From a virus, in IMG/VR virus record IMGVR_UViG_3300049740_000832: a stretch of 64,000 nucleotides of DNA; one strand, given 5' to 3'. The notes under the pieces were generated by a model, which saw nothing but the letters and a program-made list of their open reading frames with translations, was not told where the DNA came from and ran no database searches. Both the position numbers and the translations under genes were made by a program. Shown in pieces: positions 37,766 through 48,500 of the stretch. Each line of letters begins with the position of its first letter. The stretch's first letter is position 1.

Positions 37766-39234
37766 TGACAACTAAATTAGACAACATATCACAGAGAGAA
37801 GCGAAACTTGGCGAGGGTCAAGAAGAGACTGTCGGTGTTCCTGAAAATGGAATGCAAGACCCGTCAGGTCAGTTTCCTAAAGTAGATTACCATTACGGGC
37901 CAAGTCTCAATAAGGCATCGGTTGGAACGCAAGTGAATAAACTTGCGACAGGTGGTGGTGACATTGGTGTATCATTAAACATTGTTCCCCAGAGACCGTC
38001 ACAGTATCCATTCAATGATGTGAACGAGACATCATCGGGTCATATTGTTGAGTATGATGATACGCCAGGCGGTGAACGTATTTTAATCAAACACCGCAAG
38101 GGTTCTGGTGTTGAGATGCGGGCAGATGGAACTGTTGTTATCACATCAACAAACAACAAAGTGGAAGTTACGGGCGGTGACCAAACAGTTATCGTTGAGG
38201 GTGAGGGTAATCTCATCTACAATGGTAATCTAAATCTCAAGGTAACGGGTGACTTCAATGTCGATGTAGGTGGTAACTATAATGTCAATGTTGCGGGTAA
38301 TATGGTAGAAGATATTCAAGAGAATCATAGAACTACTGTTGTTCGAAACTCAACATATACCACCAAACAAACCAGAACGACCAAGACAGTCGGAACACAT
38401 ACTGACATTATGTTAGCAGACAACAATCAGATTGTCAAGGGAAATCAGTCAAATCTCGTTGAGGGTAACATCGACATTGCTGGCGAGGATAAAATCTTTG
38501 TGTCTGGTAAGGAACAGTTTGCAGTGACTTCGAAGGTTTCCAATATCACAGGGGCGAAACAAATCACTGTCTTTGGTAATAAGGGACTCATCGGTGGTAA
38601 AGAGGTTGACTACACAGGTAAATCTTATCATGGTAGTAAGGGTGAGGTTGAAGGCGTTGCTTCAGGTGATAGTGGTTCAAACGCAATCTTCTGGGGAACA
38701 TTCAAGGGTGTCGCAACCGAAGCGATTCGTTCTGTCAATGCTGATAAAGCGGCATTTGCTGAAGTATCAGACCTTACACACTCACAATCATATGGAGAAG
38801 CGGCAACATCAGGAAGCACAGTTGGTGATACTGCAACATTACACTCATTATCACAAGAAGATATTTCTGGCCAGAATGCACCTATTACTCCAGACCTTGT
38901 GGTTGACCATTCACTCAATGGGTCGTATGCAATACGAACAGTTGTCATTGATGCAGAGGATAAACTCAAAACAAGTCTATTACTTGAAAAGAAATATGAA
39001 GGATACTTCTATAAAATACCGACCATTGCAGAAGTTCGTTCTGCACTAAAGAGTTCGTATGTGGGTGATGCAGTAGGCAGTATTCTGGTTGCGGATGGTT
39101 TGTTGAACCCTGAATACAAAATACCAACACCGCCTGCAATTGGTAGAACTGTGAAAAAGTCTGCATCATCAAGATTTGGTTATCAACCTATCGGGAATGC
39201 GCTTGAAAACAGAGGAAAGAGATTTAGACCATGA
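37765..39234 (+). CDS. gp5 C-terminal part (beta-helix spike)
   Basis: YP.N.V.ET.SGH..EYDDTPG.ERI...H..G...E...DG followed by V.G(N/D) repeats. Confidence 0.85.
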   Translation: MTTKLDNISQREAKLGEGQEETVGVPENGMQDPSGQFPKVDYHYGPSLNKASVGTQVNKLATGGGDIGVSLNIVPQRPSQYPFNDVNETSSGHIVEYDDTPGGERILIKHRKGSGVEMRADGTVVITSTNNKVEVTGGDQTVIVEGEGNLIYNGNLNLKVTGDFNVDVGGNYNVNVAGNMVEDIQENHRTTVVRNSTYTTKQTRTTKTVGTHTDIMLADNNQIVKGNQSNLVEGNIDIAGEDKIFVSGKEQFAVTSKVSNITGAKQITVFGNKGLIGGKEVDYTGKSYHGSKGEVEGVASGDSGSNAIFWGTFKGVATEAIRSVNADKAAFAEVSDLTHSQSYGEAATSGSTVGDTATLHSLSQEDISGQNAPITPDLVVDHSLNGSYAIRTVVIDAEDKLKTSLLLEKKYEGYFYKIPTIAEVRSALKSSYVGDAVGSILVADGLLNPEYKIPTPPAIGRTVKKSASSRFGYQPIGNALENRGKRFRP

Positions 39235-39830
39235 TTATATTAGCAGACCCAGTATACAACCCAGAGAATCAAGTATCAATCAGTTCTGCCACTAAGTTAG
39301 GGCCAGGCATCACGATTGCAAAGTTCTTGGGTGCATATGGTGACCGAACACCTTTTAATCACATCGAGTTTGAGTTTAATCGTAGGCGTATCGCTCGTAA
39401 TCTGTATCTTCATGCAGAAGCAATGAGAGTAATCAACGATAGTCCATTGTTCAATGATATCCGTCTGATTGTTTCGGAAGGATTGTTACAACCCAAAGAT
39501 ATATGGGCATCTCTGATTGGTGATGAAGTGATTGAAGATAAACGATTTGGTCGCTTAGTTTATTATCAAGTCATAGACAAAGATGGTAAGATTGACTTTG
39601 AGAAAACCTTTGATATCGCTGAATATTGGAAAGACTATATTAGTTTTGACAGACTATATCTAGATTATGATTCGTATGACCCTAGTGGTAAATTGACTGG
39701 TCAGATTGGATTACGATTCAACGATGTCCCTGAGAGTTTTGATGTGACCTTTTCAAATGATATTCAGACATGGTATAATGGGACACTTATGAGTAAAAAT
39801 GAATTGATAGAAATAAGAGAAACTGACTAA
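39231..39830 (+). CDS. hypothetical baseplate-module protein
   Basis: Coupled ORF between gp5-C and gp25. Confidence 0.55.
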   Translation: MIILADPVYNPENQVSISSATKLGPGITIAKFLGAYGDRTPFNHIEFEFNRRRIARNLYLHAEAMRVINDSPLFNDIRLIVSEGLLQPKDIWASLIGDEVIEDKRFGRLVYYQVIDKDGKIDFEKTFDIAEYWKDYISFDRLYLDYDSYDPSGKLTGQIGLRFNDVPESFDVTFSNDIQTWYNGTLMSKNELIEIRETD

Positions 39831-39837
39831 AAACACA

Positions 39838-39845
39838 TATAAATA
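39838..39845 (+). promoter_or_regulatory. T4-type late promoter
   Basis: TATAAATA before gp25. Confidence 0.7.
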
Positions 39846-39850
39846 GAATT

Positions 39851-40297
39851 ATGGCAAGAAGAGCATTCGCACAGGAAGATAATAATATCAACACTGCTTC
39901 GGTAACGACTAGTAGAACGAAGCAGTATACAGATATTGACCTATCATTTACGGCAAAACCGTCCTCTGGAGAAATATTCAAGAAGACGGACGCAGCTGCT
40001 GTGAAGCAGTCAGTCAAAACGTTGGTGATGTGTAATAAATTGGAAAAACCATTTCGTCCTGATTTTGGAGGAGATGTCCGAGCACAACTCTTTGAACTGG
40101 CATATAAAGGTAAGGATGCACTCTTACGCGATAGAATTATTAATACTATTCAATTTTACGAACCTCGAGCAGAAGTTCTTGATTTGATAATAGATTTGCA
40201 GAGTGATTATAATAGTTTAAGTGTAACACTAAAATTCAAAGTGGTGAATACTGAAGAACAAGTAGAATTCACTTCAACACTATCAAGGTTAAGATAA
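39851..40297 (+). CDS. gp25: baseplate wedge subunit gp25
   Basis: Y.DIDL.F, AVKQSV..L, EKPF.P.FG......LFE, I...EPR. Confidence 0.92.
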   Translation: MARRAFAQEDNNINTASVTTSRTKQYTDIDLSFTAKPSSGEIFKKTDAAAVKQSVKTLVMCNKLEKPFRPDFGGDVRAQLFELAYKGKDALLRDRIINTIQFYEPRAEVLDLIIDLQSDYNSLSVTLKFKVVNTEEQVEFTSTLSRLR

Positions 40298-40298
40298 A

Positions 40299-42125
40299 AT
40301 GGGAACAACAATCAAATCAACCTCACTAGACTTTGATGCAATCAAAAATAATCTAAAAACCTTTCTTGAACAAGGGGGGGAGTTTGATGATTACAATTTT
40401 GAAGCATCTGGATTATCAAGCATCCTTGATGTGCTTGCATATAATACTCATTACAATGGTCTCATCGCAAACTTTGCTTTGAATGAATCATTTCTTGGGA
40501 CGGCACAACTTCGTGGGTCAGTTATTTCTCTCGCAGAGGGTATTGGATATATTCCTGATTCAAAAACTACATCCAAAGCAGTAGTAAATCTTTCTATGAA
40601 TCTGTCAGGATTGGCAACCAGACCAAACAAAATTAGTATCAATGATGGATTTAAGTTCAATGCAACCGTTGATGAAGTTGAATATGTATTTCAAACATTG
40701 GAAGATATCTCTGCAACTGATGATGGTAACGGTCTTTATCTCTTTACAAACGTTGACGGTTCACAAAATATCACAATCCATGAAGGTATTGCTAGAACAA
40801 AGACTTTCCTTGCGTTGGATGCAACCGAAAATGCAAACTATATTATACCAGATGAGTCATTAGACTTAGACACAGTTGTTGTTCGTGTATATGAAACTTC
40901 TACTTCATCTAATTTTCAAACATATACTAATATAGTTGATGCTGTAAATATAAATGAAAACTCGACACTCTTCATATTAAAAGAAGCGCCTAATGGTCTC
41001 TTTGAACTTTCTTTTGGTAATGGTAAAACATTGGGTCGTGCGCCAGCGGCTGGTAATAAAGTTACAGTTGACTATCTTGCAGTATCAGGTAGTGATGCTG
41101 ATACGTCTTCAACATTTGCTCCGCAAAGTAAAGTTACGGTAGAAGGTCAACAATTTAATATAAATGTGACAACGGTCACAAAGGCAGTTGGTGGCGGTAG
41201 TAAAGAATCAATTGAGTCAATCCGTAAGAATGCACCATTCCAATACGCATCACAAAATCGCATGGTAACCGCAGTAGATTATTCTACGTTGGCCTTGAGA
41301 AATTTCTCTACACTCATCAAAGATATTAAATCTTTTGGTGGTGAAGACGCACTAGAACCAGAATTCGGAACGGTCTTTATGTCGGTTCTATTCAATGATG
41401 ATGTAGATGCGACAACAATACAATCAACAAAGGATGCAATTCAAGACCTTGCGAAACAATTGTCGGTTGCATCATTTAGTTTGAAGTTTGATGACCCCGT
41501 AAAGACATTCATTGAGACGAGGATATTCTTCCAGTTCAATCCGAACTTGACTACACTATCTCGTAATACAATTCAAGATAATGTCAATACAGTTATTGGA
41601 AACTATTTTGCGGCAAATACTGGCAAATTCAGTCAATCGTTTAGACGTTCAAATCTCTTAACATTAGTGGATGATATAAGTCCGGCTATTCTCTCTTCTC
41701 GCTCAGATGTTTTTTTCCAGAGAAGGTTCACTCCTACTTTGAATACTTTACAAGACCATAAATTAAGATATGCAGCAATCATCGCTGACCCTGATGACAA
41801 AGAACATATAATCACATCTTCTGCGTTTACGCTCAATAATAAAACCTGTATCTTACGCAATAAACTAGATTCATCAAAACTTGAAGTATTTAACACTATT
41901 GATAGAGAGGTTCTAGTTGACAATATTGGAAATTACAGTGATGACACTATAAGTATTGTCGGTCTCAAAGTTGATGATTTTGTTGGTGCAAATCAATTTA
42001 TCAAAGTAAGTGCAAAACCCGCAAACCAAAGTGCGATTACTCCATTCAGACAAGATATTATTGAATTTGATACTGATGAATCATTCTCTCGTATTGTAGA
42101 TGTTGAGCCTGGAGTTACAAACTAA
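40299..42125 (+). CDS. gp6: baseplate wedge subunit gp6
   Basis: LDFD.IK..L, F.DY.FE.SGLS..LDVLAYNTHY, NESFL.TA..R.SV, FG.G..G, ES..SI...AP..Y..QNR.VT..DY. Confidence 0.95.
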   Translation: MGTTIKSTSLDFDAIKNNLKTFLEQGGEFDDYNFEASGLSSILDVLAYNTHYNGLIANFALNESFLGTAQLRGSVISLAEGIGYIPDSKTTSKAVVNLSMNLSGLATRPNKISINDGFKFNATVDEVEYVFQTLEDISATDDGNGLYLFTNVDGSQNITIHEGIARTKTFLALDATENANYIIPDESLDLDTVVVRVYETSTSSNFQTYTNIVDAVNINENSTLFILKEAPNGLFELSFGNGKTLGRAPAAGNKVTVDYLAVSGSDADTSSTFAPQSKVTVEGQQFNINVTTVTKAVGGGSKESIESIRKNAPFQYASQNRMVTAVDYSTLALRNFSTLIKDIKSFGGEDALEPEFGTVFMSVLFNDDVDATTIQSTKDAIQDLAKQLSVASFSLKFDDPVKTFIETRIFFQFNPNLTTLSRNTIQDNVNTVIGNYFAANTGKFSQSFRRSNLLTLVDDISPAILSSRSDVFFQRRFTPTLNTLQDHKLRYAAIIADPDDKEHIITSSAFTLNNKTCILRNKLDSSKLEVFNTIDREVLVDNIGNYSDDTISIVGLKVDDFVGANQFIKVSAKPANQSAITPFRQDIIEFDTDESFSRIVDVEPGVTN

Positions 42126-43123
42126 TGGGTAAACAAAACGATACTTTAAGAGATTTAGGTAGAAGAGAGCTTGTTTTTTCTGATAACAAGATTACTCAAG
42201 TTCTACCTGAATTCTTCAAGACAGAGTATCCAAAACTCATTACACTTCTTGAACAGTATTATAATTTTGAAGATGATGATAACGCACCTTCTCGTCTTGC
42301 AGATGACCTGTTTTACTCTCGTGATATTACACAGACTGATTTAGACCTTCTTTCATATATTGAAGATGAACTCCTATTGGGTCAATCATACTTTGAAGGG
42401 TTTACTGATAAACGTGCTGCTGCAAAATATTCTAACACTCTGTATCGTTCAAAGGGAACAAAATATTCTATTCAACAGTTCTTCCGAACTTTCTTTGGTG
42501 TTGACCCAGATATTATTTACACAAAAGAGAACGTATTCAAGGTAGGAGAAACTGACTCTCAAATTGGATTGGAATCACAGAAGTTCTTGACAGATAATAA
42601 ATTGTTTCAGACATTTGCGATTCAGGTAAAGTCTGACATCTCATTTAACGAGTGGAGAGAACCATATAAATTATTCGTTCACCCTGCGGGTATGTTCATT
42701 GGTTCGGAGGTGCAGATTGTATCGAGTGTTACTGATGAATTGACTGCTCCTCTTGTTGTGCCTTCTGAAGCACCACCTATTGTGGTCGAGGCAACAGGAT
42801 TATTTGGCGATACAGGAGTAACAGATTTGACCTCTATTGTGGATGACCTAAATACAGATTCAGCAGGCGTATTCAGTCGCATCAATGCAGAATTGACAAA
42901 TATGGAAGGGTTTGATTTACAAACTATCCAAACTATCAATAATCAATATTCATCGTTGCGTGAAGCGCAAATTGCATCTTCACCAACATTTGACGATTCA
43001 GATGAAGTTGGAACAAACGGTATGGACTTGTCAAACAACTTGTTCTTCGAGACTTTAGACCAAGACAAACACCAACATTTCAGTGCTGACTCTGACCAAT
43101 ACTTAAAAAGTTTCACTCTTTAA
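42125..43123 (+). CDS. baseplate wedge protein (gp7-like, short form)
   Basis: LPE.....YP.....LE.YY, Y.SKGT..S...FFR.FF, HPAGM. Confidence 0.7.
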   Translation: MGKQNDTLRDLGRRELVFSDNKITQVLPEFFKTEYPKLITLLEQYYNFEDDDNAPSRLADDLFYSRDITQTDLDLLSYIEDELLLGQSYFEGFTDKRAAAKYSNTLYRSKGTKYSIQQFFRTFFGVDPDIIYTKENVFKVGETDSQIGLESQKFLTDNKLFQTFAIQVKSDISFNEWREPYKLFVHPAGMFIGSEVQIVSSVTDELTAPLVVPSEAPPIVVEATGLFGDTGVTDLTSIVDDLNTDSAGVFSRINAELTNMEGFDLQTIQTINNQYSSLREAQIASSPTFDDSDEVGTNGMDLSNNLFFETLDQDKHQHFSADSDQYLKSFTL

Positions 43124-43134
43124 CCGATAAACCT

Positions 43135-43142
43135 TATAAATA
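43135..43142 (+). promoter_or_regulatory. T4-type late promoter
   Basis: TATAAATA before ORF 43165. Confidence 0.7.
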
Positions 43143-43164
43143 GTTAAAACAAACGGACTATAAA

Positions 43165-44196
43165 ATGGCAAGACAAACATTAAACAGAGGCACTACAGCA
43201 AATGACGGAACGGGTGATACCCTCCGCACCGCTGCCCAAAAGATTAATGAGAACTTTACTGAACTCTACCAGAGTATCGGTGGTGATTCTGCAGCTGCAA
43301 TCGTAAGTCTATCAAATGTGGGTGTGGTCTTTGAAGGTCAGGTTGCAGACAGTAACGAAACATATATGGTTGCGGTAGAACCTACCGCTGATAATTATGT
43401 GTATGTTCCTAATGATGGCGGGACACTTATTCTTGACTCTTGCGCTCAGACTTTGACTAACAAAACTATTTTAAGTCCTTCGTTGACTACTCCTTCTATT
43501 AAAGATAATGACTCTAGTCATAGTTACAATGTTGTGGTTGGTAATTTATCTGCAAATCGTAATATCACTATTCCGTCACTGTCAACAAACGACACATTCG
43601 TGTTTGCAGATGCAACTCAGACTCTTAGTAATAAAACAATTAATGGGTTAAATGTTAACAATCCAGTAGTTGGTGGTATAGATGGCGGTTCAAAATTCTT
43701 TGATAGTTCAGATAACGAGTATTTACAATTCAACAAAACTTCAAGTGCAGTCAATTTCATAACACTGACAAACTCTGCAACTACTACTGGCCCAACTATC
43801 GATGTCGATGGTGATGATACTAATGTTAGTCTCAATTTAAGTGCAAAGGGAACTGGTGGTATCACGTTTACAAATAAGATTGTATTTGAAAAAGGAACTG
43901 ATGTAGCATCCACCACTGCGGTCAACTTAAATCAACCCCTAACAGTGTTTAACTCTGGTAGTTTTATCAACCCTACTCTTGGTGATGGAACGATTCAGGC
44001 AGAGTCTAAATACTTCAGTAATATTGGGGCGGGTGAAGTTCATCTCACGCCAGCGGGCGGCGCATCAAACATTCAGGGTGTAGATTCTGCTGCTGGGTTT
44101 ATTAAGTTTACTATAGGACAGGGGTGTCAACTAATATGGAATACAACAGCAAGTAAATGGTTTATTGTTGGAAACAACGGGACAACAACAGCGTAA
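43165..44196 (+). CDS. baseplate wedge/tail-fibre connector (gp9/gp10-like N-terminus)
   Basis: G..ANDGTGD.LR....KIN.NF.ELY; QTL.NKT repeats. Confidence 0.75.
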   Translation: MARQTLNRGTTANDGTGDTLRTAAQKINENFTELYQSIGGDSAAAIVSLSNVGVVFEGQVADSNETYMVAVEPTADNYVYVPNDGGTLILDSCAQTLTNKTILSPSLTTPSIKDNDSSHSYNVVVGNLSANRNITIPSLSTNDTFVFADATQTLSNKTINGLNVNNPVVGGIDGGSKFFDSSDNEYLQFNKTSSAVNFITLTNSATTTGPTIDVDGDDTNVSLNLSAKGTGGITFTNKIVFEKGTDVASTTAVNLNQPLTVFNSGSFINPTLGDGTIQAESKYFSNIGAGEVHLTPAGGASNIQGVDSAAGFIKFTIGQGCQLIWNTTASKWFIVGNNGTTTA

Positions 44197-44211
44197 GCGT
44201 AGGATAATAAA

Positions 44212-45570
44212 ATGGCGATTGTAACAAACAGAATTAAAAAACAAGTTATAACAGATTTGTTGACAGATTTTGCTGATTCTTCTAGTAGATATTATGCAGC
44301 TATTGGTCGTTCAGAAGATTGGAATGACTCTGATGTTGCGCCCACTGCTCTTAACAATCTGGTAGAAGATAGAAACTTCCGTCTTGGACTCCAATCGGTA
44401 AAAAATATTATTGATACTTCCTTTGTTGTTCCTCGTTTCAACTGGTCATCTGGTGCAATTTATTCTCCATATGATGATATCCAAGTAGGATATCCTACTC
44501 AAACATACTACGTTATGAATGACAATAACCAAGTTTATCTGTGTATTCAACAATCAAAAGATGTCTCTGGTAATGCACAGGTTTCTACAGTTCAACCGAC
44601 AGGTGGCACAGATGGAACGCCATTCGATACCGCTGATGGTTACATTTGGAAGTTCCTATATTCTATTGGTGCATTGGATGCTAACAAATTTATTTCTGCC
44701 AACTTCCTTCCCGTCAAATTAATTGGAACAACTGACTCAGATTCTCCTTCTGCTGACATTGAACAAAAGACAGTTCAAAATAACGCAATAGTTGGTCAGA
44801 TTATTGGATATGCAATTGACTCTGGTGGCGCTGGATACTCTGGTAACCCAACCATCGAAGTGAATGGAAATGGCACAAAAGCAAAAGCAGGCGCAACAGA
44901 GAATGGTGGTCAGGTAACTAAGGTAGAACTAATTGATAGTTCTGGTAATTATACATTTGGTTCAGGTTATGACTATGCAACAGTATCCGTTACGGGCGGT
45001 GGTTCACCAACCAAACCCGCAAAAATACGACCAATTCTAGCAACACCTCTTGGACTTGGTGGTGACGCTCGAGATGACCTTCGCTCCACCGCAGTCATGT
45101 TTAACAGTAAACCTAGTGGAACTGAAACTGGAGACTTCATTGTCGGTAACGATTTCCGTCAAGTAGGTCTTATCAGAAATATTCAAGATAGTTCTGGGTC
45201 TACCTTATTTACTGGGTCAACAGGTATTGCGTTAAAACAATTAAGACTTTCAAGTGTGAACACAGGATTTACCGCAGACAATACTATTCAGGGTTCAACA
45301 TCTAATGTCAAGGCACTTATTGATAAAGTCGATTCTGCGAATATTTGGTATCACCAAACAGCGGAGACAGGATTTGGTAACTTTGATTCAGGTGAAAACA
45401 TCACTGAAACCGATGGTAATGGTGCAGGCGTATTGAATGCTTCTTTTGCTCCATACATAAATCCTGAAGTAGATATTCTAACGGGTGATGTTCTATATAT
45501 TGATAATCGCGCATCAGTTACTCGCGCAACTGACCAAACAGAAGATATAAAAATCGTAATTCAAATTTAA
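44212..45570 (+). CDS. gp8: baseplate wedge subunit gp8
   Basis: Y..IGR...W, VPR..W..G..Y, YYV......VY.C, DGY.WKFLY, DFRQ.GL, G...YIDNR....R...Q.EDIKIVI. Confidence 0.88.
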   Translation: MAIVTNRIKKQVITDLLTDFADSSSRYYAAIGRSEDWNDSDVAPTALNNLVEDRNFRLGLQSVKNIIDTSFVVPRFNWSSGAIYSPYDDIQVGYPTQTYYVMNDNNQVYLCIQQSKDVSGNAQVSTVQPTGGTDGTPFDTADGYIWKFLYSIGALDANKFISANFLPVKLIGTTDSDSPSADIEQKTVQNNAIVGQIIGYAIDSGGAGYSGNPTIEVNGNGTKAKAGATENGGQVTKVELIDSSGNYTFGSGYDYATVSVTGGGSPTKPAKIRPILATPLGLGGDARDDLRSTAVMFNSKPSGTETGDFIVGNDFRQVGLIRNIQDSSGSTLFTGSTGIALKQLRLSSVNTGFTADNTIQGSTSNVKALIDKVDSANIWYHQTAETGFGNFDSGENITETDGNGAGVLNASFAPYINPEVDILTGDVLYIDNRASVTRATDQTEDIKIVIQI

Positions 45571-45580
45571 GGTAATACCG

Positions 45581-48500
45581 ATGCCAAGAACGTTTACAGA
45601 AAATGTATTTTCATCCACATACAAGGATGATTTTAAGGATAGTGATAACTATCACCGTATCCTGTTTAATAGTGGTCGGGCGCTACAAGCGAGAGAACTT
45701 ACTCAATCACAAACAATTATTCAGGAAGAGATTGGTAGATTTGGTCGCAACATCTTTAAGGATGGTGCATCGGTAAATCCTGGCGGCCCTACAATTAATA
45801 CGAACTATGAGTTTGTAAAACTAAACACAAACACTAATGCATTACCAGCTGGCGCAAATGCGCTTGAAGCAAATGGTGGTTTGATTGGTGTAGAATTTAC
45901 TGGTGCCAATTCTAATGTTGTCGCACGAGTTCTTGAGGTTGTCGAGGCAGAGGGTTCTGACCCTGCAACACTTTATGTTCAGTATGTTAATACTTCTGGT
46001 GGTGAAGTTGGAGAAAACCCAGTTCGTTATAAGTCAGGTGAAACTATATCAGGCGGCGGTGAGACTCTAACTGTTCAGTCAACCAACACCGCATCAAACC
46101 CCGCTATTGGTCGCGGTTGTCAAATTTCTAATTCATCTGGTGACTTTTTTGTTCGTGGTCATTTTGTATTTGCAAAAGAACAAAGTTTAATTCTATCGAA
46201 ATACTCGCGACTACCTTCAAAAGTTATTGGTTTCAAAGTAACAGAAGATATTGTTACAACCAGTGATACAAATGAGTTGTTTGATAATCAAGGTGCTACA
46301 CCAAACTTATCTTCGCCGGGCGCAGACCGATATCGTATTCAACTTACTTTAACAACAAAAGACCAAGTTGCAAGTGATGAAAACTTTGTTTACTATTGTG
46401 ATGTAGTCGATGGTAATATCGTTGACCAAGTAAGCGGAACAGATGATTACAATAAAATTACCGAAGTATTAGCGCAAAGAACGGCCGAAGAATCGGGTAA
46501 TTATATCGTGTCCCCATTTACTATTGATTTTGCTGACGATGCGACAAACAATACAAACTTCATTGCAAGTGTATCTTCGGGTGTTGCATATCTTAATGGA
46601 TATCGCGTTGGTTCTGAAAAACCTACGAAGTTAACTATACCAAAACCTCGGGCAGAAGTTGAACGCACAAATGAGGTTGTTGGTGTTAACTATGGTCAGT
46701 ATTTTATATGTGATGTATTGGAAGGTAATCTCAATATAAACCAATTCCAAACTGTTGGACTTAAAGATGCAACAGGGTTTGGCGGCAACGGGCTCGGCAC
46801 TGCAAGAGTTAGATATGTAGAAGAAGATGGGTCAAACTTCAAGATATACCTTTTTGATATTAACTTATTATTAGGTAAAGTTTTGCGTGATGTTAAATCA
46901 TTCGGAACAGGCACAGCTGATTTTGCACAACCACTTTTGGAAAATGGTAAGGCAGTAATCAAGGAATCGAATAAAGTAAATCTTGTATTCCCTACACCAG
47001 ACCCTCGTCCTAAAAGTATTACTGATGTAGACTTTGAAGTTCAACGTGTGTTCACTGGAACTTCTGACGATGGAACAATTGTTCATTCAAGTAGTATACC
47101 AACTAATAATGCTAGTGGAACTGTTCAACTTACATTGTCTGCTACAGGTGAGACATTTGCTAATACGGGTCAATTCATTGCGACTGTTGACTCTAGTGGT
47201 GATGTCGTTTCGTCTCTAACCATTGGTGCTGCGGGAACTCAAAGCGTTAACGTTAGTGGTTTACCAATTGGTTCAGCTGTTACAGTTTATGCAAAAGTTA
47301 ATAAAGCACAACCATCAGTTCGGACAAAGACGTTGGTTGAAACCACAAAAACTTTTACTGGTATATCCGAAGATAGTAACGGAAGTAAATATATCGACCT
47401 TCATGAAAATGATATCTTTGAAATTGTTTCAATTAAAGATACAGATTCAAATGGCGCAGACCAATCAAGTAAATACTATCTTGATAATGGTCAGAGAGCA
47501 GGGTTTTATAATAATGGTCGTTTGATTCTTAATGGTGGTGCAACTGCACCCGGCGGTTCTGATAATACCTTCATAAGATTCAAACACTTTACCCACGGTG
47601 CAGGCGACTTCTTCTCCGTGAACTCTTACACTGGTCAAGTTGATTATGAAGATATCCCATCCTTCGCAACAGGCCCACGGGAATCCGTAAACTTGCGTGA
47701 TGTGATTGACTTCCGTTCTTCGGTTGACTCTGATGGATTGTTTGTTGGTGGTGATGCTGCTGTCAATGAAATGCCTACCAATGGTGATATTTTTCAAGGG
47801 GATGTAACATATTATATGCCTCGTGCAGATAAGGTTGTGATTACCAAAGATGGAGAACTGAAAAATATTCAGGGTGAGAATGGATTTGGTTCACAAGTTC
47901 CAGATACTCCCGAAAACACTCTAGGTCTTTTTGAGTTAGAATTGAATGCATATGGTCTGCATGATTCGGATGTTGCAACAAATGTTCTTAGAGCAAAAAG
48001 ATTCACAATGGCCGATATTGGCAAACTAGAAAAACGTGTCGATAAACTTGAAGAAGTTACCTCGTTGTCATTACTTGAAGTCGGCACTGATGCTCTGTTG
48101 GTCTTAGACTCTGCGGGTAATCCAAGAACTAAGTCTGGTTTCTTTGTTGATAACTTCGCTGACAGAACTTTCTCAGACGTTCAAAGTCCAGAGTATCGTG
48201 CGGGTATTGACCCATCAACAGAAACTTTATCACCTCAAAAGACTGAGAAAAATGTTACACTACGATATGACTCTGCTGCATCATCGAATACTATTCTGAA
48301 GGGTGATACTGTATATCTGAAATATCAAGATGTAGAAGCAATTACACAAACACAGGTATCAGGAACAGAGAATGTAAACCCATTTGCTGTTATTACAGGT
48401 GAAGGCGAACTTACACTTTCTCCTGCTTCTGATGAATGGATTGACACAGAATATCGTCCCGCAAATGTAATTAACAAAACTGCAACAGAAACTTTGGCAG

